The position numbers and the translations under genes were made by a program. The notes under the pieces are model-generated. The model had not been told where the DNA came from. It did no database searches and saw only the letters and a program-made list of their open reading frames with translations. A stretch of 64,000 bases of DNA from Geosiphon pyriformis uo1 (taxonomy: Eukaryota > Fungi > Glomeromycota), in the NCBI GenBank assembly GCA_016748015.1, contig JAAOMT010000226.1, positions 354,604 to 418,603 on the forward strand, given 5' to 3'. Positions 53,300 to 64,000 of the stretch are shown here, in pieces; the stretch's first letter is position 1; each line of letters opens with the position of its first letter.

Positions 53300-55050
53300 C
53301 TAAACTAAATTTATATAAACTTAACATATTTAAAAACTGAAAGTCAACTAAAAATAAGTAAAATAATAATTATGTAAAAATAATTACAAATAACTAAAAT
53401 TTAAATATATTAATTATTAAAAATAAATTAAAGTTTTTAAATATTTTAATTTAATATTATATTAATTTTTATTATTAATTATTACTAAAAAAAATCTAAA
53501 AAAAAAATTTATTTTGAAAAGATATTTTATATATAATTATAACCAAAAAATTATTATTTATAACTAAATTACTTAACTATTTAATAATTTTATTTGAATT
53601 TTATTTGATCTTAAAAGATTAATGTTTTTAAAAAACTATTAATTGAAAATAAATGCTCTTAATTAATATATAATTAAAATTATTTATTAATTCAGTTTTA
53701 ATATTATATTTAGTCTTAATTTTAATTAACTTAATATTAATTTTGTTTAAAATTTTATTAAAAATAAATATTTTACTTTAAATAATTGAAATTATATTTT
53801 AAGTTTTATATATATAACAAAAAAAGTGTTTAATTGATATAATTAATAAACTAATAAGTTTAATAACAAATTTAATTAAAACAATTAAACTTAAAATTTG
53901 AAATTTCAAAAAATTTAAATTAAATTCAATTACAAAATTAACAGCAAAAACAGCTAAAAAAACAGCAATAAGAAAAGCCAAAGAAGCAAAAACTTTAATA
54001 TAAGATTTTTAATTATAAAAAATAATACAAAAAACTTAAAATTAATAAAAGACTTAACAAATATCTTAAAAAAAAAAGTAATAATACTTTATAATTTGTA
54101 AACAAATAATTCAGATTCTAATATGTATAACAATAATAATACTTAAGAGTTTTTTATTAAATACAATATTTGTATAAAATATTAGTTTTTATAATAGCAA
54201 AATTTAAAGATTTATAAGAGTTAAATATTATAATAGCAAAACATTAATAATAATAAGAATTAAGAAAATAAAAAACAAAACAAGTATAATTACCAACTTA
54301 AAAAATCAAATTATTAATTTCAAAAACAATATAATTAAAAAAAATTAACTAATTTAGTTTTAAAAATATTTCTTAATATAATAATTTTTTTTAATTAAGC
54401 AAAAGAAAAATTTGAATATTATTTTTTTTTACTAACAAAAATCAATTATTAAAAATAACAGCAACAAAAAAAATTTTTAAAATTAACAATAACATATTAC
54501 TACAAGTTAATAAATTTTAACTTAACTAAAATAATAATACTAAAAACATTAAAAATATTTTAAAGAATATGTTAAAAAAAATATTATAAAATATAATAAA
54601 AATAAAAAAGAATAAATTAAAAACCACCACAAAAAATTTTGTAATCTTAAGTATAATTAAAAAAAATTGTTAATAATAATTTTAATAATAGTAACTAAAA
54701 AAAATTTGATAACAAAATTTATATAAAACAACTAAATAATAAAATAGAAACCATTTATTTAAAAAATTTTTAATGATTAAAAATTATTTTTCAAATACTA
54801 TTAATAATAGTATTAAAAAACAAAAAAAAATTATTAAAAAACATAATACTAAAAATTTTAAAAATACCAAAAAAAATTTCAAATATATTAAAATTGTTAA
54901 AAATTCTAAAAATATTAGTAAAAATATCAAAAATTTCAATAATAATTCAAGAAAATTATAGTAATTATTAGAGATTTTAAAAATTTTATATTATAAACAA
55001 AAAAATAACAATCTTTTTAAATTAATTTTTATTAAATAATTTCAACAGTT
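53300..55050 (+). repeat. Eroded interspersed repeat, homologous in inverted orientation to 62000-63900
   Basis: For example, 54480-54740 aligns with the reverse complement of ~62625-62885, and 53760-54060 with ~63300-63560. Class uncertain, possibly an LTR-element 5' region. Confidence 0.65.
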
Positions 55051-55289
55051 AAAAATTTAACATTTAAAATAAATTTTTTTATATAAAATTATTAATTATT
55101 TACTATTTAAATTTTATATATTTATATTTATCTTGTTAAAAATTGTTTATTTTTAATTAATAAAGTTTCAACAAAAAAATTTTTTTCTATTATTAAAGCA
55201 ATTAAATAAAATGTTTTAGCAATGTTTTTTTTAAATATTAGTAATAAAACGTTGTTTTAATAGTTTTTAAAATATTTTTTTAAAATATT

Positions 55290-58200
55290 TTTATTATTAT
55301 TATTTTACGAGTGAGGTCCAAACATTATCTAGTGCTATACATTAAAGAAATGATTTATACTAAGCATGAATCATATATTTACTACACATGACCAGCCACT
55401 TAAGCTGATCAAAACATCACTATACAGTTATATGAACAGAAACAAAGTCATTTATACCCAAAAAAAATAAGCATGATTCACAAAAACCAAAATAAACACC
55501 CAACACCTCAGCAATGCCAAGCAATTTGACCACACCAGCAGAAAACCCTGAAGCCAAACCTGAAACTGTTATAAGAACCAAATCATCCAGTGGAATTAGA
55601 TTGGTTTTCTCTATATAGGCTTGATATTTAATTCAGACCAACCAGATATTATCTCTAAAAACGAGACCAAGAGATTTCACAAACTTAACAACCTCCAAAC
55701 CAGCCACCTTTGGATTATGAAAGACGGAGACAGCTTCGCAAAACCAATTATTAAACACAAAATCCTTATAAAGAGCCATAGAGACTGAAAAATCAGAAAC
55801 ACAAGATAATAACAACTGCAACACATAAGAAAAAAAATGAGATAAACCAGAAAGAGTTTTCCAAGAATTGACATGAGAGTCCAATATATAGGATTGAGTA
55901 GAATTGTCAATTTTACAAAAGAACACGTGATCTGAAGTCTCCATCTCACCACAATATAAACAAAGCACACCAAGATAATGGCTGTTGTAGAGGCGCTTCT
56001 GAACTGCAACAGGAAGCCAATGATGCAAAGCTTTCATAAAATAAGTATGGATGCCAGCTGAAAGTTTGCTAGTAAAACTGGTGGCCATATGCAAATCAGG
56101 ATGCCAAACCAGCAAAAAGCAGGGCCAATCTACCTTAGAAAGCAAGCTATTAGCCAAGAACTTAGAGCCAGAACCAACTTCCCAATGTGTGTGACAAATG
56201 GAGTGATAAATATCATGAACAAAATGTCTGGAATTTCCAGAAACTACACTATTATCAACAACTATAAAATAATCATTCAAGCAAGGAATAAGACACTGAC
56301 CAGAAAGAGAAGCAGCATCAACAATTAAGTCAGCATGCTCATTTCCAGAAACGCCAGAGTAACCTTTCACTTTGTGCCAACTGACACTTAAGTTCTTACA
56401 TCTAACAACATTTGCAATATGTCAGTACTCTACCCAGCACTGATTGTGAAAATCTGGACACACAAGACTCAATTCAGACTTGTATGCATCCAGAGCAGAT
56501 TGACTATCTGAGAACAACTGAACAGAACTAGATGCGGAAACACACTCCAAGGCCAATACAATAGCCTGTAATTCTGCCAGAGTAGATGACATCAAACCTG
56601 AAACACTAATACCAAGGCCCAAACCAATGTTCTCAAAAAAAGCAGCAGCATCAGCCCTATAGCCTGTTGTGCTCAAATTCTTTAAAGATCTATCTGTGTA
56701 TACAGATATGTCACTCAATCTAACACGAGAAAAACAGTCATGAATAGAAACAAAATCATCAGAATTAAAGATGTTCAAAGAAACAGCACCATCTGAAGCT
56801 AAAGAACCAGCAGAGGGAGAATTCACACTATTGAAAAAAGCCGTAGTGAGCTTGAACCACTCAGGAATAGGGCCATGAGGGTTGAGCCTTTTCCATTGCT
56901 TGAAGGTGTACCAATCAAATATGGCACCACAATGATTACAAAGTTGATCCACGAAAGCAACATCGAACCTCCAGAGAGAAGGGAGAGACCTGAAAAACAT
57001 CAACTTGCCCAGAACAGAAGACATAAGAATGCTACCGCAGGACCAAAAAGAGTTGGCCAAAAAGCCACCTAAAGACAAATTGCAATCAAGAAAAATACAG
57101 ACCATGTCTGCCAAAAAGTTATTAGAAGCACTGACATGAATACAAACAGGAGAACTCAATGGATGAACAGGATACCAACACCAGACTTGTAAATCATGAA
57201 ACCTATGCACAAACAGGTGATTTAAAATCCCACCAGAATTCACAAAACTGACAAGAGAGACAACCTTGCATTCAAACTGAACTTGCAAAAAAAATTTCAA
57301 ATCATAAAAAGAAGAGTGATGAAGTGTATCACTAGAAAAATTGAGGGAGAGACCAGACTTAAGCTTCAAGTTCTTATGAATCAGAGCATTCCATTTGCTA
57401 CAAACACTGACTGAAACAAAACTAAATTGTGTATAATAACTGACTATGAGTTGGAGAACTGCTGACACCAAGTATAAAAATTGTTTATTAAAAACAGCCT
57501 TTTTTAGAACGAAATTGACAAAAAATCAAATGTCCAAATGTGCTTTAGCTAAACTAGGTCTTGAAAGACCCTCAGTTAAAAAAAAATACCCAGATACTGA
57601 TAAAACCCCCCCTTTTTGGCAATAGAGATGGGTGAACTACTGATAGAAAGGAAAGGACTACTGACCTAACTATTGATCAGAATGGCCACTGTTTTGTCAT
57701 TATTAATTAAAATATCATTAATCCAAAAAAATTTATTGGCAACATTAAGAATATGTTGAGTAGCAGTCTGATTGCTACCAACCCAAATTGTGTCATCAAC
57801 AAAAGCACCAGCAGCAAAAAAAGAAGAGAGCCCAGCCTGAGATTCAGGACAACCACTTTTGAAGACAAAATAAGAGTTTAACCTGTATTTACATATACTT
57901 TTCTGTCTTTTGACCTCACAGAACAGAGGATCATAAAATATGCACCACAGAAGTGGAGAGAAAACTTCCCCCTGATCCAAACCATCATGAACACAATAAC
58001 CATCAGTCAAACCAAAATCTGTCATAACTTGGTTGGTACAATCTCTGTAAATACTACCAAAAAATTGAATGAATTTGCTACACATCTTAATCCTAATTAA
58101 ACTTTTCTTGAGATGCTCCCAGCCAACTGAATTATAAGCCTTTTACATGTCCTGCAAAACCAGCCAGAGTTCCTGGTTCTTCTCCAAGGCATCTTCAACT

Positions 58201-61200
58201 ACTAAACCGATAGCGAAAATGGGAGACTAAGTAGTTGTACCCTTTAAAACCGAAAAATTGTCCCCACAAAAAACATTAAAAGCACTGCAGACTGCAGAAA
58301 TCTTATTAGAAAGAACCTTGGAAAGAATCTTACAAGCTGTCTTGAGTAATACAATGGAACATGTATTAGTTAAAACACCCTTTCACTCATAAGGTTTGGG
58401 AATCATTGAGACCCAAGCCTTTTTCCAAGGACTAGGTACAGATTCACCAGTCAAACAAGAATTTAAAAGCACCAACAACATGTCCAAAACCAGCTTATCA
58501 CAATGTTTCAAAAGTTTATTAGATATCCCCAACAAACTAGCAGCTTTGCCATCAGGAAGATCAGAAACTACCCTAAACAATTCATCAAAACTGACTGAAT
58601 TCATTACACCAGAAAAGGCTTCATCAAAAACATACTCCAATGGATGGTATTGGCAGCACCAATCATTTGAAACACTACCAACTACCCAACATTTTCTGGT
58701 CCAACCTTCCATGATTATGTCCACCTTAGACCTAACCAAATCAGGTTCCAAAATCAGTTCATTATCAACAACCAAGTGATCGAGCACCACCTTACAAAAC
58801 AGACATTTAAACATGCTTCTTATTGTGTGACCCTTATTCACTTTAAAACTCTTCATCCTTTTATCAATAGCAGACCTAATATTTGCGTCTTTAGCACACT
58901 GAGATTTAGCAAGCTTTGATGCATGATAGGATTTTCTGACATCTAAAAGAGCAGAACAAACATGACCAAAGTTCATACCAGAAGTTATCATAGACTGAAT
59001 GACCGAAGCTCTATCACAATCCAAAGAATTCCAACATCTCATAAGAGAATTGAAACACTCAACATCCTTCCCATAAGACACCTTGATAATCTTAGAAACT
59101 AAAAGCTCCAACTTGTGAAACCTTGAAAATTCTTTGGTGAAGACCTCATCAAAGCCCCTGAACCACTTTTTTTTGAACACTTTGTTTGCCAAAAGAACCA
59201 TAATTTTGCGAATAATCTCCCACATAGCATCTAGATCTGAAAACTTTTCTGATGCACAAAACTCATTTGCGAACATTGTGACATTATTTAATGTAGCACA
59301 CCTAAAATTAACCCATTTATTTTTATTAGCACTCTTGAAATCAAATTTCCATCTGTCCCTGTTCACTTGTTTGCAAAGAGAGTTCAACCATGTATCCAAA
59401 AGCCCACCCAAACCCAAAAACACAGAAACAGCCTAATAATCTGTGTCAAAATGCTCACTGACATCCAAAACATTATAATACACTAGCACATTAACCAGAT
59501 TAAGAGAAATGGCTCCCAACCAAAGAATTAACCAGCCCCAAATCAAGGCATTTTTTAAAACTAGCACACCTACAAGTTCCATCTTTATTAAAATCACCAC
59601 CAAAAACAACAAAAGAAGACTCATTAACAGCTCTTGTGATAAGAGAATTGATCACATTAGCCTGAGAAAACCAAACTGCCACAGATGCACCAGTGTAGAG
59701 TCCCAAAATTGACACTGAAAGTTTGTTTTTGAAAAGCAATTTAATGAATAAGAGCTGACTTGGCATCTCAGAGACTTTATATACATGTCTAGCTAAAGAA
59801 GAGTTCATAATAATTACAACACCAGCACTCAGATAACTAGAATCCAGACCAGAAGTAAACACCTGAACACCAACAAATCTGTTGGTTATTCAGGGTTGTA
59901 TCTTTCCTTTAAGCTTTAACTCCATAACAATAGAAATAAGATTGTTTATGTCCTTGTGCCAACAAATAACATCATTTTGTTTTGCAGAATTGTTCATTCC
60001 ACAAACATTGTATGTGACAATTTTCCAGATCAGCTCACTTATTAAGAAAGGGTTTGTGAGGACACATTACTTGCTAAAACCAAACTATCGAAGTGAGCAG
60101 ATAAGCTCAAAACAGATTTGGAGAGTCCTTCCAACATTTTTTCCAACTTAACAACATGAAGAGATGCCGAAAAGTCTACAATCGTAGCAGTTTCATTACT
60201 AGTAGCTTCATCCAAACCCACTCTCATTACTGTATCCTCTTCTTGAATCTGAGATGGGGGGGTCACCGGCAGCTAACATCCAGGGCTAGGCTGGAAAACC
60301 ATCAGTACGAGTAAATTCAACCTTTTAGTCAACTCACTAATCTGACTCATGAGATCAACGAGACTGCTCTCAATACTGACTAAACAAATCTCTAAAACAC
60401 TACCAACAAGAGGAATAGGTTTATCACTATTGACAGAACCAAGTAAAAGTGGACTACCAGAAAGTGCACAGAAGGAAGATTTGCCAATCACATCCACCCA
60501 AGTTTTTCCACCAAAAGCCAAAGGCCTAAAAACAGGCGCAGATTTTTTCTTGTAAATTTTGGCCAATCTAAACTTATCTTGGGCTGAAAGAGAAGCCCTC
60601 TTGCTCTTAGGAATAGAGGACATACCAGCTGATTTACAAACCAAACTTGAGTGACTTAGGGAATTGCAAACAGAACATAAAGAGGTGACCAAATACAACT
60701 AGTCGAGACCAATGCTTTTTATAACTGGTGTATTGGCCACAGCCTAAGTCATGTTATCTTCAAAACCAAAACACACAGTAGCACATCCTGTGTGAGTATA
60801 ATTAACAGAGTTGTGTTCAAACAAGCATGTTTTTTCACCCACAAAACCAATGAAATCTTACAAATCATGAGCCATTGTTCCCATAGGAAGAATATAGAGC
60901 AACACCCTAAATTTATCCCTAATATCTCATGTCTGTTTATTGATGTCAGCTCTGGCCACATGAATTGCATTTTTACCAATGAGGATTAACTATTCAGCAG
61001 CCAACAGATTAGCCTGACTTTGATCTTTCAATTTGATGATTGCCTTTTACCATAAACCCACCCATTGCATTTTGATCATTTTAATTTGTCCAAATACAGA
61101 CACAGCCTCAATAGAAGTTCTCACAGGAATCTCTTTTAACACAATTGTCTGATTCGTATGGTTGTTTACAGGGCATTTGAGATCAGTGTTTACCACAACA

Positions 61201-61970
61201 CCATGATTATTTGCCAACTTCCCAGCAGCCATCATTGCCTTTTCTGAAGTAAAAGTCACACGAATAATTTCACCAAATTTTGAGGAAGTAGAAACCCCCC
61301 CAAAACTATTTACACTTGAAAAAATTTTCCTGATAAAACTCAATTTTTCTTGAGAAGACTTTCCAGTGATGGTCACAAGATTAATATCTAAAGCAAAGAA
61401 TTTGTGAACAGACATTTGAATGGATGGTTTGATAGGTAAAGGGGGCGGAAGAAGAAAAGAATCATCTAACATGTCATCGTCTGTATTGACAGTATCATAA
61501 TCAATCACACCCAGAGGCTTCTCTAATACCTTTTTGGTCTTTACACACAAACCTTTTGGCATTTAATTAGAATCTCCTTCCGCAAAAGCACCACTCTCAC
61601 CATAGTCAACACTGGTTTCTTCAACCAAACACTCCTCTTCCATGTCAATACTCTTAGACTCAGTAATGTCACCTGTCTCAGAACCCCATAAACGAGCACC
61701 AGAAGTTTCAGCAGCAACCCTTCTATTATCAATACCCTCTGCCAATACATCTTTCTTCCTCTTTTTCCTCAATGCAACTGTCTTGAAACCACTCTCAGAA
61801 CCAGAAACTTTAATAGTCTTCTTCATAACAGCAATAACAAGACCAACAGTGGCCTTATAATCAAAGAATGGTTTTGATTTATCATACTGAATGGTAAAAA
61901 ACTTCTTTCGAAAAAACTTTTGACTCTTTTTTGAGAATTTTGGATGAAAGAAAGAAAGAAGTTTTTTTTT
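55290..61970 (-). mobile_element. Near full-length LINE (ORF1 with CCHC knuckle; ORF2 = APE + RT + RNase H + C-terminal Zn finger), inactivated
   Basis: ORF1 starts MKKTIKVSGSESGF (61826) and has CSVCNSLSHSSLVC. ORF2 motifs: KIVTYNVCGMNN and GGDFN (APE); QDM*KAYNSVGW, GLDQGEVFSPLLW and AFVDDT (RT); VYTDRSL, AELQAI, FSDSQSAL and KGYSGVSGNEHAD (RNase H); CLYCGEMETSDHVFFC. (TAA)n tail at ~55290-55305. Multiple stops and frameshifts. Confidence 0.95.
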
Positions 61971-61999
61971 TTATATTTAATTAGTAATTTTTTTATAAT

Positions 62000-63900
62000 A
62001 AAGTTTTTTTTAAAAGACAAATTTAAATTAAATTTGATATTAATTTTATTTTTTTTAAGAATTTTAAAGTTTTTTAATAATAGATTAGTTATTAAGTTGG
62101 TTTTTTTTATTTTTATTATTAATATTATTATTATATTTTTACAAATAACCAAAAAATCAGTAATTTAAAAAAACAACAATAATTACTTGTATTTACTATT
62201 ATTATATTAAAATTTTTTGTAATTTTAAATAAGATCTTAGAAAAATTTTTTTTAGTAATAACTAATTTTTTTTTTAATATAAACAGTAATAATAATAACA
62301 TGTTTTTCAAGATAAATCAAGATTAAATATTGGCTGTATTACTAAATATAATGTTTTTTGATATATTATTATTGGTTTTAAAAGCAAAATAACTTATTAA
62401 ATTATCTGATTTTAAAGATTAGACTAATTAAATAAAAACTAAATCAATATTTTCTTCTTTGTTTTTTGATATTGTTTCTGATAATGTCTAAGTTATCAAA
62501 AATTTTTTAAATAGATAATCTTAATATCTAATACTATATTTAAGATCAAATTATTTTTGGTTAATTTTTTGTTTTATTTGTTGTCTGACTTTGTTAAGCT
62601 TAAATTAATTTTAAAAAACATTATTAAGTTGTTTTATATAAATTTTGTTTCTAAGTTTTTTTTAATTAAATTATTAATATTATTATTAATGATTTCTTTT
62701 TTTTAATTATATTTAAAATTGCAAAATATTTTGTAATAACTTTTGGTTTTTTTTTGTTATATTTTATAATATTTTTTTTAACATATTTTTTGATAATATT
62801 AAAAATGTTTTTAGTGTTTTTAATATTATTATTTTAATAAAATTAAAGTTTATTGGCTTATAGTAATATATTATTGTTAATTTTAAAGACTTTTTTTTTG
62901 CTTTTATTACTTTTAATAATTAATTTATATTGATTAAAAAAAATAGTTTTAGAATTTTTTTTTTACTTAATCAAAAGAAAATTATTATTTTAAAAAATAT
63001 TTTTAAAACCAAATTAATTAATTTTTTTTTCAATTGTACTGTTATTGAAATTAATAATTTGATTTTTTAAGTTAATAGCTATATTTGTTTCATTTTTTGC
63101 TTTTTTGATTCTTATTATTATTAATATTTTATTATTGTAATATTTAACTTTATAAATTTTTAAATATTGCTGTTGTTAAAATTACAAATATTATATTTAA
63201 TAAAAAACTTCTGAATATTATTATTACTATAAATTTTAAAGTTTAAATTATTTATCTGTTAATTATAAAGTATTATTATTATTATTTTTTAAGTTATTTA
63301 TTAAGTTTATTACTGATTTTAAGTTTTTTTCTTAATTCTTATTAATAAAAAACTTTATGCTAAGATTTTTGTTTTTTTTTGCTGTTTTTGTAACTATTTT
63401 TGTTATTAATTCTATAATCAAATTAAGATTAAATTTTTTGAAATTTTAGATCTTAAATTTAACTTTTTTAATTATAATTTTTTTAAATACTTTTTTTGTT
63501 TTGTATGTAGAACTTAAATATATAATTTGTGTTATTTAGAATAAAATATCTATTTTTAATAAAACTGTTAATTAACTTTTTGTAAAAATAACTTTGATTA
63601 AAACTAAATGCAATTTTAATATTAATTTTATAAAAGAAAATAATTAATTTGCTTAATAATAAACTTTATATTGAATTAATTATTCTTTAGAAATATCAAT
63701 TTGGTTCTGTTAAATCTAATACATATATAATTAAGTAGTTTTATTAAAAATAATAGTATATTAATTATTATTATTATTTTTTATTAATATTTAATGAGTA
63801 AAATCTATACATTGCTTAATACAATATATCATATATAAGTAATTAAAATAAATATGAATTATGTATTTTCTATATATAACCAACTACTTAGACTAATTAA
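62000..63900 (-). repeat. Eroded interspersed repeat, inverted partner of 53300-55050
   Basis: Reverse-complement similarity to 53300-55050. Confidence 0.65.
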
Positions 63901-64000
63901 AACAATACTAAGCACTTATATAAACTGAAACCGAATCATCTATACCTGAAAAAAACAAACAAAATTTATGTAGACCAAAACTAATCTAAAAGCTTTAGTA

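Noticed and set aside
51104-54961. K/N/I-rich short ORFs in the TE block
   Set aside because: Chance ORFs in AT-eroded repeat DNA.
56089-62168. Plus-strand ORFs within the LINE
   Set aside because: Antisense shadows of LINE ORF1/ORF2.

Overview
AT-rich eukaryotic nuclear DNA with short GT-AG introns. The style of the LINE, Ty3/Gypsy and lipase families points to a Glomeromycotina fungus, probably Geosiphon-like. That is pattern recognition, not a database result. Layout: (1) 1-6.5 kb is an eroded repeat block containing a DUF7869-like transposase pseudogene and a decayed, intronless, bacterial-looking HIT-domain gene. (2) 7-39 kb is a gene island: an intronless homeobox gene with a ~9.5 kb microsatellite-rich upstream desert, two convergent 4-exon class-3 lipase paralogues that both lack the catalytic Ser (GHGVGG), a Q-rich tandem-repeat protein, a 9-exon REV7/MAD2L2 gene, and a cluster of tiny ORFs missing from the ORF track. 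(3) 39-64 kb is a nested transposon graveyard (two LINEs, Tc1-like, hAT, Gypsy gag) showing strong C>T/G>A erosion. Top finding: two divergent, near-identical 43-aa ORFs ending in a CAAX box (MQP...GQCSIM*) plus a third diverged paralogue. Their promoters are dense in AACAAT(G) HMG-box-type motifs. This is a candidate a-factor-like farnesylated lipopeptide pheromone locus. An exact Nextera/Tn5 adapter at 32651-32669 marks a local assembly artefact next to one copy.
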